Positions 24,757 to 37,560 of a DNA stretch of 64,000 bases are shown piece after piece. The position numbers were made by a program, and so were the translations under genes. How positions within the stretch are numbered: the stretch's first letter is position 1; each line of letters opens with the position of its first letter. Under the pieces are notes generated by a model, which was not told the DNA's origin, ran no database searches, and was given only the letters and a program-made list of their open reading frames with translations. The DNA is from Octopus sinensis (lineage: Eukaryota). The stretch covers positions 125,798,001 to 125,862,000 of the forward strand of contig NC_043001.1 of NCBI RefSeq assembly GCF_006345805.1. The letters run 5' to 3'.

Positions 24757-27505
24757 AATAAATAGCGACTATATTTAAACCCTATTTTGTTTCTAATTTG
24801 TAGTTATATTTTGTATTAGTATTAATTCTAAAATTTAGTATGTGATTTATATTGTATATTACATAATTTAATAAGTCTAATTTAATATTATTAAATAAAT
24901 AAATTAATTAGTTAATGATAGTAGTGTTATGTTTGCACTTCTGTAGGTGGTTTGAGTATTAGTCAATAAGAGTTAGTAAAGGTTCTTTAAATACTTACAG
25001 TTAGATTATATTTAGATGTTTATTTTATTACTAAATATATAATTTATTTGATGAATATAGATTAAAAGATAGTTATTTCATTTTTTTGTGGTCGATATTG
25101 TTATTACTATGATTATTATATGTCTACTAAAATTTATAGTTTTAAGTATATATATCTTTTTTCGTAATAGTTTTAGTAATGTTAAATAAATAATTTTGAA
25201 TGTGTAGTATAATAATTTTTTCTTTATGTAATATTTATTTATTATGATAATATGTACTTTATTTATTCAATTAAAGAACAAAGTATTTGATCTAAATATA
25301 AATTACTTTACCCATATAATAAGTTTATTTATTATTATTTAGCATTTGTTTTGAGTATTAAAATGATATATAATATATATTTATTATATATGACAGTTAA
25401 GTTTATAGTTTGTAATAAATTTTTTAATTAATCAAAATATATTTATTATATATTTCGAAATAGATTTATTTAGATGTTTATTTAATTAATTAATTAATGA
25501 ATTTTATTACATTATAGTTTTTAAATTAATTTAGTTTATTAATTAGGGGTTGTAATATAATGTTTCAATTACTACTGAATTAATATTGAATGTGTCTAAA
25601 AATTATTTTATTTAGATAAAGATTTGACTCCAACGCAACCATTTTTTATATATATAAAATAAATCAATTTGGATAAGATTATTAGAGAATATACAGTAAA
25701 TGGTAGTTATATAAATTATTTAATTTATAGAGTTTTGAGTATAATTCATAGTAGTTAGTCTGGGTTGAAAAGAATAGCTCAGCAAACTTTGTTGCATTGG
25801 TTCCCAAGTACTTGTCTGACCTTATATCAAATATTCTGTGTAATGTGTTTTATTACAACTCAAAATAAATTAGGAATCTGAGGGTTTTAGACAAATCCCT
25901 GAACTTCTTTATTATTATACTAGTGTCTAGAATATAATTTAACAAAAGTTTCTTACATAAAATTATAAAGCTTACACTTAAATATTAAAATGAATAGTTT
26001 TGTATTACAGATTTAGAGAAGGTTCACATCAGTTGCTGTCAAAACAGTAAGGGACATCTGCAAATGATCCTTTGTTGATGGTAGATGGAACGAGGATAAA
26101 TTGATGTTGAGCCAAGTTCAGTTCTGATTGGGGTGACTTATCAGCATCGTCATGATCATCCTGTCGTAGATTTTGGGGGGAACTGGGGTTCTTCACATAT
26201 AGTGTATCTAGGACTTTACTGGTCAGTTTGTCTTTTTAAAACAGTAGGTGTGATTTTAGTAGTATTTAAACTGTTATTTCTAGTAGGCTGAACATCCACC
26301 TAAAAGCTCATCCATTGACTATAAAATAAAAAACATATGGCGGTCGTATCAAAATTATAATACATTTGATATTCTATTTGAACCTTTTTCTGCTCGAGTC
26401 TAATCCTTTAAAAAAACTTTTCTCCGAATGCGGTTACCATATTCAATGAGTGGTCCACGTGATTAACTAGTTGTGGTTGAAAAATCTGTTGACATCAGAG
26501 CTCCCAATATTAAATAAACAATTTTAACATTTTCCATGTATTTAAGAAGAAAAATAAACATTTAACAGAAATCTATTCAATAGTGTCGGACATAGGGAAA
26601 ACATGTTATCCAACACTCACCAGGGACATTAAGATGAACGGTGACGACTGACAGAAAAAAACTTTTTATGTATGTATTTCTCGAAATTATTTTGTTTTAA
26701 TAAAAAAAGATGAGTAAAATTTTAATAAAAAAAACTGGGCACAAATCTAATGAAGATTTCAGTTTGTCTTTTAAAATATTGAATATTTGCAAAACAAACA
26801 ATGTCTTCCATGTGATTTTTCTTTGAAAATGAATGAAAAATACAAAACATATTTGTAGTATTTATGTTTTCTGTCGCATTTCCTTTAATCAATAGTAAGT
26901 GTTAATTTACATTTCTTCCTTTTCTTCGTGCATGATGGAATATTTCGTCTCTTTGAGCGTACACGCCTTTGAGCCAAAAAAACCCCCAAAAAACCCACAT
27001 GGACTGTTATAACTAATACGGCTTTTTTCGACGTCGATCTCATCTTCGAAATTTACGGATTTTACACACACAAATGAAGCAGGTAAGAACAAATATGCAA
27101 GGCTTTTGTGGCACAGCTTAAAAGAGTAGACCCGACGCACGAACTGCATGCACACGCGATAGTCAGCACCCGCGATAAAAAAAATCCCTCCGCATGTATA
27201 AATGGACTGGGGAGGTGTTTATCTATCCAATAAAACAAACAACCGACTGAATGAATGAAAATAAAACAAATTTTGAAATAAAATCTTACTCCAAAGTAGT
27301 CATTAAGAAAAGTGAAAATAATGAAATAAAATGGAAAAATGCAAAAAGCAGGTTATGTGAGTACACACAAATATGATTGATTCCTGTCTAGATGTGTTCC
27401 TTTGGAGGGAAAAATGGAGATGAATGTTTTCAGAACATTCTAAAACATCTTTCAGAATGGTTCACTTTTGAATAATGACTACTTTTGAGTGAGTAAATAA
27501 CATTT

Positions 27506-27835
27506 TGCAGCGTGGAAGGTGTTTATAAGCCATTTAAGAAACACACAAAAGCCGTTCGATTCACTTCAACATTTAAGTTTAATTTGTCAAAATATTTTCG
27601 TCGCTTTAAGACTGCGACCTGTTCACTGACAAAGCAGCACGGATTTTTGTCAGTGAACAGGTAGCGGTCTTAAAGCGACGAAAATATTTTGACAAATTAA
27701 ACTTAAATGTTGAAGTGAATCGAACGGCTTTTGTGTTTCTTAAATGGCTTACAAACACCTTCCACGCTGCAATTGTTTACGTTCCAGCTCACGATCTCAG
27801 ATCAAATCACTTGCTATGCAAGTACATCTCCGTAA
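27506..27835. repeat. Fold-back element (about 125-bp arms around GCAGCACGGATTT plus a ~63-bp unique tail); second copy 50184-50436
   Basis: Left arm from 27506 is the reverse complement of about 27646-27772. Confidence 0.85.
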
Positions 27836-28251
27836 ATATGACTACTTTTGAGTAACATTTCATTTCAATTTCAAAATTTGCTTGATTTTCTTTCTTTCAT
27901 TCAGTCGTTACTTTTATTAGATAGATAGATAAATAAAATCAGTTTACTCATATTTATACACGTGGAGGGTATTCTTTATCGCAGGTGCTGACTAGTCAAC
28001 TGAATATACATATACAACAAAAAATGTGTGGTCACAACACAGATTTGTTACTTATTTCAGTCATTAGACTGCAGCCATGCTGGAGCGTCGAAATGAATAA
28101 CTTTTAGTCAAATAAATCAAACCCAGTACATTTTTTTAAGCCTGGTATTTTATCGATCTTTTTTTGCCGAACTGCTAAGTTACAGATATAAGCAACCAAT
28201 ACCAGTTGTCAAGTAGTGGTGGGACCAAACATAGACACACACAAATATATA

Positions 28252-29200
28252 TCAGGTTGAATAAAATGTAAGCAATGTTTTGAACCATGAAGAATTTGTA
28301 CCAGACTTTTGCAGGGTTTTGAATTTTTTTATACATTTTTTTTGCAATTGTCTGATAATGCAGACATATACTTGTCCAAATGCACCACTAAATTAACATT
28401 GATATTTTTTTCACCGTTGTTCCATTAGAAATGGAACTGTCAAAGCACAATATTCAAGTAATTTTGCTGTTCAACTTCAAAAAAGGATGTAAAGCAGCTG
28501 AAACCGCTCACGATATCAGCAAGATGTTTGGTGAGGAAATGACCCAGTGATTGGTCAGCTGGAAAATAGTTTAAACGATTTCACAGTGGAAATCTTAACC
28601 CTGAAGATCGTGAGCATAGTGGATGCCCATGTGTCATTGATGGCAGTCAATTAAAAACCATCATTGAGAAAGATCCACGTAAAACCATTTGAGAACTGGC
28701 AAAAGAACTTCAAGTTAGCCAGAAAACTGTCTGCAACCATTTGCATGCGATCAAAAAAGCTCGACAAATGGGTATCACACGATTTGAATGAAAATCAGAA
28801 AATGTGCAGACATGAAATTTGCTCATCTCTTCTTCTCCGTAACCTAACCAATCCATTTCTCAACCATATTGTAACTTGTGGTGAAAAGTGGATTCTGTAC
28901 AATAATAAAAAAAGTTCTTCGCAGTGGTTGGACCAAAATGAAGCACTGAAAACCTTCCCTAAACCTGAGCTCTTCAAAAAGGTTATGGTGACTGTTTGGT
29001 GGTGTACTACTGGACTCATCCACTACAACTTCTTAAAACCCGAAAAATCATTACTGCAGAAACATATTGCCATGAAATTTCCAAAATTAATGAAAAACTG
29101 CAACTCCTCTGTCCTAGACTGGTCAACAGAAGAGGGCCAATCATTCTTCATGACAATGCTCAACCACACGTTTCACTAATGATGCACCAAAAGTTGAGAG
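28252..29200 (+). mobile_element. Decayed, 3'-truncated mariner (DD34D-type) transposon
   Basis: TA followed by a TCAGGTTG TIR start. Frameshifted ORFs contain WVSHDL (WVPHEL-like), IVTCGEKWILY and HDNAQPH. Confidence 0.85.
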
Positions 29201-29453
29201 TGCATCATTATGAAATACTTGAAATAACAGTCAAAACTCTTATTTAATCACCAAAAATAAGAGTTTTGACTGTTATTTCAAGCAGGTAGACATACTTACT
29301 ATGTCCTTTGATTAATTTTAATCCCTTGGCTATTTAATGCTATTTTTGGCCTGCTATCGCCTGTGTCATTGATCCTGTTATTATCATTTTTTAAATAGTT
29401 ACATTGGATAATAATAGAATTAATGACACCATTGCAAATTGATATATATATCA

Positions 29454-29846
29454 GGCGCAGGAGTGGCTGTGTGGTAAGTAGCTTGCTAACCAGTCACATG
29501 GTTGCGGGTTCAGTCCCACTGCGTGGCATCTTGGGCAAGTGTCTTCTGCTATAGCCCCAGGTCGACCAATGCCTTGTGAGTGGATTTGGTAGACGTAAAC
29601 TGAAAGAAGCCTGTCGTATATATATGTATATATATATATGTGTGTGTGTTTGTCCCCCTAGCATTGCTTGACAACCGATGCTGGTGTGTTTACGTCCCCG
29701 TCACTTAGCGGTTCGGCAAAAGAGACCGATAGAATAAGTACTGGGCTTACAAAGAATAAGTCCCGGGGTCGATTTGCTCGACTAAAGGCGATGCTCCAGA
29801 ATGGCCGCAGTCAAATGACTGAAACAAGTAAAAGAGTAAGAGAGAG
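29454..29846 (+). mobile_element. tRNA-derived SINE family C with internal TA/TG microsatellite (others about 30193-30455+, 44461-44904-, 51921-52324-, 53706-54044-, 58373-58785+, 62364-62777+)
   Basis: GGCGCAGGAGTGGCTGTGTGGT head, GGGTTCAGTCC B-box, CTTGGGCAAGTG core-like motif, (AAGAGT)n tail. Confidence 0.85.
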
Positions 29847-32360
29847 TATCATCAGCTGCAGCAGCATCGTTTAACATCCGCTTTCCATGCTAGCATGGGT
29901 TGGACGATTTGACTGAGGTCTTGTGCACCAGACTCCAATCTGATCTGGCAGAGTTTCTACAGCTGGATGCCCTCCCTAATGCCAACCACTCCAAGAGTGT
30001 ATATATATATATATATATATGTGTACGTAAGTATATGCAGATATGAGTCTATATAAATAGTTGATCCATACTGCCTGAATAGCTCAAATTGCAGAGTAAC
30101 AAAGGTTACTCATATCTAAGTTAATCATATCTAAGGGTCAATACTTACCCTAATACTTAATTTACATACACACACACACACATATATGTATAGACGCAGG
30201 AGTGGCTGTGTGGTAAGTAGCTTGCTTACCAACCACATGGTTCCGGGTTTAGTCCCACTGCGTGGCACCTTGGGCAAGTGTCTTCTACTATAGCCTCGGG
30301 CCGACAAAAGCCTTGTGAGTGGATTTGGTAGACGGAAACTGAATGAAGCCCGTCGTATATATGTATATATATATGTGTGTGTGTATGTTTGTGTGACTGT
30401 GTTTGTCCCCCTAGCATTGCTTGACAACTGATGCTGGTGTGTTTATGTCCCTGTCACATACATAATTTTAATGAGAACATTCAAAGTTTGCTGGCATTAT
30501 GATATAGAAACTATAGATTGTGTGCAACAAGCAGTGAATTGGTTTTGTAGAGGATTCATTGAATGCAACATCAACAGCAATATTTCATGGAGATGGTGGT
30601 GATAGTGGGAAGAACAGGAGTTAACCGAAAGGGGTGGGGTATAGAGATGGGGTTAACAGGGTTAAAGAAGGGTCAGTAAAAAGGGATGCTGATGGTTCAA
30701 AAAAGTTTAACAAGGTAAGACATTCTTATTATTAATATTATCTCTTTATTTTTAACTTCATTTTTATATTTTTGTTATTCTTTGCACAGTTTTGAGAAAG
30801 CAACACCAGGTAACTGATAAAATACATCAATACATAGAAATAGTCAACAATATATTCTTTGTTATATTTTCTTAAAGTTTGTCTTTTTTTTTAGTTTGTG
30901 TTTTTTAATTATATTTTTACCTTTATTTATTCAGTTATTTTATTTATTTTATTCATTTATTTATTTACACATCGCTTAAAATCTTCAACTTATTTTTGGA
31001 AACAAAATGAAAAAGAAAATGATGATGATAATGATGATGGTGGTGATGGTGATTGTGATATTTTGACTTTGGCACGGGGCCACAAATTCACAGGGAGTGG
31101 GGAGGGATCACGTGGCATGGAAGTAGGGTTAGGGTGTATAAATGATTTCAAATTGACAACCTGTATACGTGACTGGTTTGATGATTGAAACAACTTTCTT
31201 TAGGATTCCAGTCCATTATATATAAAAAAAAAAAGGGACAAAAAAAAAAGAAAGAAAAGGAAGAACCCTAAACACTGCAAGGCAATTATTTTTGTCTGGC
31301 ACTTTACCCATTTCTGCCACTTCAGTAGCAATAGTACAACTGGTAATTATTTTATCAGCCCTCGTAAGAAGGATGAGTGGCAAAGTATACCATGGCAGGA
31401 TTTGAACTCAATGTGAAGTGATAAGTAAATGCTTAATGCCCCCAACCACGAGACATTAATCTGCACTCTACTATCACTATCAATAAATAATAATTGTTGC
31501 TTTTAATTAATTATAATGGTTCCTAACATAAGCACATGGCCTAAAATTTGAAGGATGATTTACTTAATTAAAACTGACCCCAGTACTTTATTTTATCAAC
31601 CCCCAAAAGGATGAAAGACAAAAGCTGACCTTGGCAAGATCTGAACTCAGAACATAAAAATTCAGAACAAATAATACAACAAGGTATTTTGTCCAATTTA
31701 CTAATGATTCTGCCAATCTACTCCTCTTAATAATAATATGAAAATTATTATAAAAGAAAAACTAGATTTTTTCATGAGTTACCTATGGCATCATTGCACT
31801 GACAGCTAAGTTGAAATTATGGAATATTACATGTTGGACAGGTTTGATCTTAATATATAATGGAATGTCAAAAGTGTATTTGCCTGAAGTTGTTAAAAAT
31901 TAAAAACAAAAAAATCATAAACCCTTATTCACATGATACAATACACTTATTATATAACGAATATAAATTATATCTAAATTTCTTTTGGAGACTTATCACT
32001 AAAATATGAGATTTGTAGATAGACTAACTCATTCTTTTTGTTCAGTATTCAATATAAGGTTTTAACTGATTAAGTATTTAGCTCACAACTGTTACTTCTA
32101 ACAATAATTATTTTTTGTTTTTCTTTATATATAAGTATCAATATTCTTAACCATTCAGCCACAACTCATTGAAAACTCAAAGCTAACAAGTTCAAACCCA
32201 ACCAAGAAAGTTGTGTGTGTGTGTGTGTGTGAATGGAGGAATCTTAAGAACAATTGGGAGAAATATATACAGATCAGAATATGGTGTAAGGATATAGAAA
32301 CACAAAAGCTGACATTAATACTGTGAAAATTGTAAATTTTAAGTTATTGCATCTTTGTAA

Positions 32361-32744
32361 TCTTTATATATAAAAGAGAGGTTGTGTGCTGTCCGTCTCC
32401 TACGATTTAGATTCCTAACTACTCCCACATTTTGCGGTGCAGTTAAACCAAAACCGGGTATCTTATAGTCGTGATTCATATCGAGCCCTTCTGGGTATTA
32501 GGGTCTACGATGAGTCTACGATTTTAAAAACAATTTACCATCAATTTTTCCCATTTTTAATGCATTTTTGGCATTAACTCTCTAAAAATTTATTATTAAA
32601 TCTCAGAACATAAAAAGCTACAGTAACACGCCCCCCCCCTTTGTGGTTAGCCATATTGAGATGGCTATTATATTTTACATCTCTAAAAATGCTTATATAG
32701 TTATTTCCCTTACAAACCCGAGCAACGCCAGGCGATACTGCTAG
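32361..32744 (+). mobile_element. Non-autonomous Helitron
   Basis: A|TC 5' end, subterminal hairpin CCCG-AGCAACGC-CAGG, CTAG|T 3' end. Related to the copies at 56696 and 60072. Confidence 0.8.
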
Positions 32745-33382
32745 TGACAATCTAAAATTCTTGACCAAGTTTTGGCCTTCCAACTACAGGGTTGGCAGTA
32801 TGTATCCTTTGATTGACACTGCATGCCTGGTGTCTTCTGTTGGCATACTTAACTATTAACAACTCTTGCAGACCTACATACAAACTTGTAGCAAAGTAAG
32901 GGGGGAAATACAGCTCACTGCAAGAAACAGTATACACGTGGAAGGGAGAGGCAGTGTAGCTGACAATTTGTTTTGTTAAATTCCATTGCAATGCTGAGCT
33001 TCAAACCTTTTGCAAGTTTATTATAATGCAGTGGCAAACCTCCATGGTATAATGGCAAAATGCAAACAGCAAGCTTCGCTCTCACTCTCTCGTATAATCC
33101 TTTTTCTAATAGGCACAAGGTGGAGAGGGCTAGTCAAATACATCAAGCCCAATGCTCAACTGGTGCTTGTTTTATCAACCCCGAGAGGATGAAAAGCAAA
33201 GTCAACCGTGGCAGTATTTGAACTCAGAATGTAAAAGCCGGAAGAAATGCCATGAAGCCTTTGTCTGATGTTCTTATGATTCTGCCAGCTTCTCACCACT
33301 CTTTCGTATAATATAATGGTTAATTTGTCTAGTAATTGTTTCCCCTAAGATGGATAATTTCTCCTTTGATTTTTGCTATTTT

Positions 33383-33788
33383 ATACATCATTTACATTGG
33401 ACGGATATGTGCCCTCATCTTGTTTGTTGTTACCACAACATTTCAGCTGAGTTACTCTCCAGCCTTCATCAGGTGTCCTGGTGGAATTTTGAACCCGACC
33501 CTGGGTTCTCATTCCTAAAGTACATTTTGCTGATGTTACTACTACTATTATTATTTATTCAAGGCACTGAGTTCAATTCCAGACAGTGCCTTGAATAAAT
33601 AATAATAATAATAATATCAGCAAAAATACTTTAGGAATGAGAACCCAGGGTTGGGTTCAAAATTCCACCAGAACACCGGATGAAGGCTGGAGGGTAAATC
33701 AGCCGAAACGTGGTAACAATAAACAAGATGAGAACATATATCTGTCCAATGTAAATAATATACAGAATTCCTCATCTCTTAAATATAG
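33383..33788 (+). mobile_element. Family H1 copy 3 (about 400-bp fold-back centred on the B-box remnant)
   Basis: Arms about 33383-33569 and 33584-33770 flank the loop AGTTCAATTCCAGA. Hammerhead motifs at 33466-33472 (-) and 33677-33683 (+). Same 3' terminus as the other copies. Confidence 0.78.
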
Positions 33789-34654
33789 AAGAGTATTTGC
33801 TATTATATTTTCATCTTTTAGTGATGAGGAATGCAGTGGCCAGGACTGTTTACAGGGCCTCTGAGATTGATGGGAGGAAGAGAAGGCATCCTAAAATGGG
33901 AAACTTGGTCCGACTGCTTGCAATGGAGAGGACTCTGCTAAAGACACCCAAAGTCCCAAGTGTAGTTGGTAAACTGGGTGATGGATTAAGACTTACCACC
34001 CAGGAAGGCCATCGTAGGATTTTAACTCAGAACGTAAACGGCAAGGAGAAATACCACATGGAATCTAGTTTGACGTTCTTACAGTACCACCAATCCACTA
34101 TTCTGGATTAGTATTTTTTATTTTTTTTAAATCCTGAAAGGATGAAATGTTTGTGGTTCTTGGTGGGATTTGAACTGAGTGCAGAGGATTGGAACTTGAA
34201 AAAAAAAAAAAAAGAAAAAAAGACTAGAATTTGACTCAATTTGTTTGTCACATATGTATGACAAAATATTGGATGGCTTTGGTTATGGAAAGAAAAAAAT
34301 GCGGGGGTGGGGGTATCTATACTTTCAGAAGTAATTAGAAAATTCGATATATTTATTCTTGGAGTGGGGGGGTGGGAGCTTTGGACCAGGAATCAAACTC
34401 ACACTAAAGACTTGATTTGCGAGGCACTTACCTCTTGCTAATCAGCGTTGAGGTAAATAATGTAATGAAAACAAAACCACGAGATTATGCAGTCATTCAG
34501 CCTGCTAGACATAGCAGCTAAATCTCCGTCAGATCATACCCTATCGTCTTAGGACACATGTCCAGGACTTCATTGTCCAGTAACAAAAATATGGGTTGTT
34601 CAAGGCTGGAACATCTTTGATTATAAGTCTGCTCAATCAGGGCTTACCTGGAGC

Positions 34655-34685
<31 letters not shown>

Positions 34686-36931
34686 AAGAACATAAATGCA
34701 AATGCTAGAATGCTGTTTCTTTTTGTTTTTGTTTTTTTTGTTTTTTTGTATTTCACTAACTTCTGTAATTAACCAATTACTACCTGCCCTGACTTGTAAC
34801 TTATTCATGGAAAATATATGTAAACTAATAAGAATTGTTTGATTTAGGCACAAGGCCAGCAATTTTCAAGGGAGGTAGTTCATCAATACCACTAACTCTA
34901 GTAGTACTTGACTGGTATTTTATTCCATTGACCCCAGGAGGATGAAAAGCAAAGTTGACAACAGAACATAAAGAGCCAGAAAAAAAAATATTGCAAGACA
35001 TTTCTTCTGATGCTCCAACGATTCTGTCAATCCGTTGCTCTGAACACGGTGGGATTTGATTTTAAGAACATAATATAATGGTAATAATTACAACAATTAT
35101 TATTATTATTATTATTACCGTCATTATAATTATTATTACTGGGAAGTTATTTTCAGTGTTTTGGATTAATTTATAAACATGAGAAAATTAAAAACAAAAC
35201 GAAAATCTGAAAAACAATAACAAAAATACAAAGCTAATTGGATTATATTGAACATAAGCAATGCACAGTAGACATAACAAGATATGGAGAAGTATAATCA
35301 ACAAATCATTAATTATGAAACATTTGTTATCATTGCCATTCTTTATGGTATTTAGATAACTTCACTGGTATGAGTTATCTTTTCTTCATTTCTGCTAACT
35401 GAATTTCTTCAGCTTTTCCACCTACACCTTCCCACCTTATGCAAACGTGTGTATGTGTGTGTGTGTTTGCATGTTAAAAAAAGGAACTTAAATGAGGCAG
35501 GATTTTAAAGCCAGATGATTTTTTTCCAGTTGTAAACTTTTACCTATTTTCCAAGTAAGTGATTTTTTTTACATATTTTTCTTTTATTCCACAAGTTTTT
35601 TGAAAGTGCAGAGCTATCGATGTAATGTCAACAAGAAATGCAAACATCATATCAATGTTTTGTTCGGATGGTGACAAGCAAAGCTCGGGAATATTAACAT
35701 TCATACACACACACACTCACAACAGGCTTCTCAAGAGTTTCTATCATGGTTGACCCAGAGCTATTTTCTTACAAACAATAACTCTGAGCACCTTTTCAAA
35801 CTCCACCCATCTAACACTCGTGGACATATTTACAAAGTCAGAAAACAGCACAGCTCCTATGACTTTAGAAAACATTTTTTCACGCTGAGAGTTGCTGAAG
35901 CATGGAACAAACTGCCGGCATCAGTTGTTAGTTGTCGGAGCACTGCGTCCTTCAAAACTTCCATGCTTTCTGAGATTCGCCAACACTACACCTGATTTTC
36001 TCTCCTGACTCGTATCTGACTCGTACATTGTTCGCTTTCCAGACATTTGTACATTACTGCATACACTTTATACGCACTTTCTGACAAGTTGTGGTGCACC
36101 TGAGCACTGTATACAATAATTTCATTATTATTATAGCAAGAGACACTTTTCCAAGGTGCCATGCTGTGGGATTGAACCCAAAACTACATGGTCGGAAAGC
36201 AAACTTCTCAACCATAGAGCCATTCCTGTACCTACTGATAGTAACAATGCATGAGAGTAATTTCACTCTTTTACTATTAAATATACTTTTCTATATAAAG
36301 ACAAATGCACTCACTCCACATCTCTGAGAAAGTCATCGAAATTGTTATAGTCATTTTGATATTTGCATACAACACATACCTATTTCTTTACACAAGGGGC
36401 TAAACACAGAGAGGACAAACAAGGACACACAAAGGGATTAAGTCAATTACATCGACCCCAGTGTGTAACTGGTACTTAATTTAATCGACCCTGAAAGGAT
36501 GAAAGGCAAAGTCGACGGAATTTGAACTCAGAACGTAGCGACAGACGAAATACTGCTAAGCATTTCGCCCAGCGTGCTAACGTTTCTGCCAGTTCGCCGC
36601 CCTCCATACAACAACACATACCGTGTGTGTGTGTGTTATTGTTTTTAAATCTATTTTCCCATGCTGACATGGGCGAGAGCAGTGTTTCTCAAGATAAGGT
36701 GGAAGTAAGTAACAAGTGAATAAAACTTGCCTTGAAGCTGTACTTAACATGTTGCTATATAACTTGTCTGTTAATAGTGGAGATGCATTTTTTTCTTCTT
36801 TCAAAATCAAAGTGGGACGTTAGAGAAACACTGGGTTAAATCAAATTTTACTGAGGCAAATTTTTCCATAGCTGTATGCTCTTCCTGTCACACACAACCA
36901 TAGAACAGTTGTTCATGGTAGAAAGTAAACA

Positions 36932-37560
36932 ATGTCACTGTCTTTCACTCAGCACGTCGTTAACAAAGCACTCGGAGTTCTGTTTTTGATTCGACGGTCA
37001 TTCGGAATGCTCACAGCAGCCATATTCCTACAGCTCTATGTCACGCTGGTGAGACCCATATTGGAGTACGGGATTCAAGCCTCTTCTCCTTATCTCTTCA
37101 AAGACATATATTATCTTGAAAGAGTCCAGAAGCTGGCTACCCGCATGGTTCTTGGTCTCAAGCATTTGTCTTATGAAGAAAGGCTGAAGACGCTCAACCT
37201 TTATTCTCTAGAAAAACGCCGCCGCCGTGGTGATCTCATTCTTGCTCACAACATCATAAGCGGAAAGTGTAACCTCTCGAAAGAGCTGTTCTTCACTCCT
37301 GCTCCAGAGCGTAGGCTGCGGGATCACTCCGAAAAGCTCTATCTGCGATGATTTCATCTCAATCGAAGGAGAGGGGCTTTCTCCGTCCGGGTTGCGGATC
37401 CGTGGAATAAGCTGCCGACGACCGCTCGGTTCAAAGTCTCTCTTGACCAGAAATGGCCTGAACTCTTTGCATGAACACCCTCCCCGTACATAACTCCATG
37501 TCCCCCTACATGGCCTTGCTTTTTGCTTTTTGAGCCAAAATTAACTTAACTTAACTAACT
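36932..37560 (+). mobile_element. CR1-type LINE 3' fragment
   Basis: LYVTLVRPILEYG...LERVQKLATRM...YEERL..L.L.SLEKRR.RGDL...WNKLP, with an (AACTT)n tail. Confidence 0.88.

Noticed and set aside
23820-25760. Mitochondrial insertion (NUMT) or control region, suggested by the extreme AT content
   Set aside because: No recognisable mitochondrial gene, rRNA or tRNA, and the only ORF is a PLE-type GIY-YIG in the standard code.
26330-27250. Possible decayed transposon with CpG-rich patches
   Set aside because: No TIRs, TSD, protein motif or second copy in the window, so it cannot be classified.
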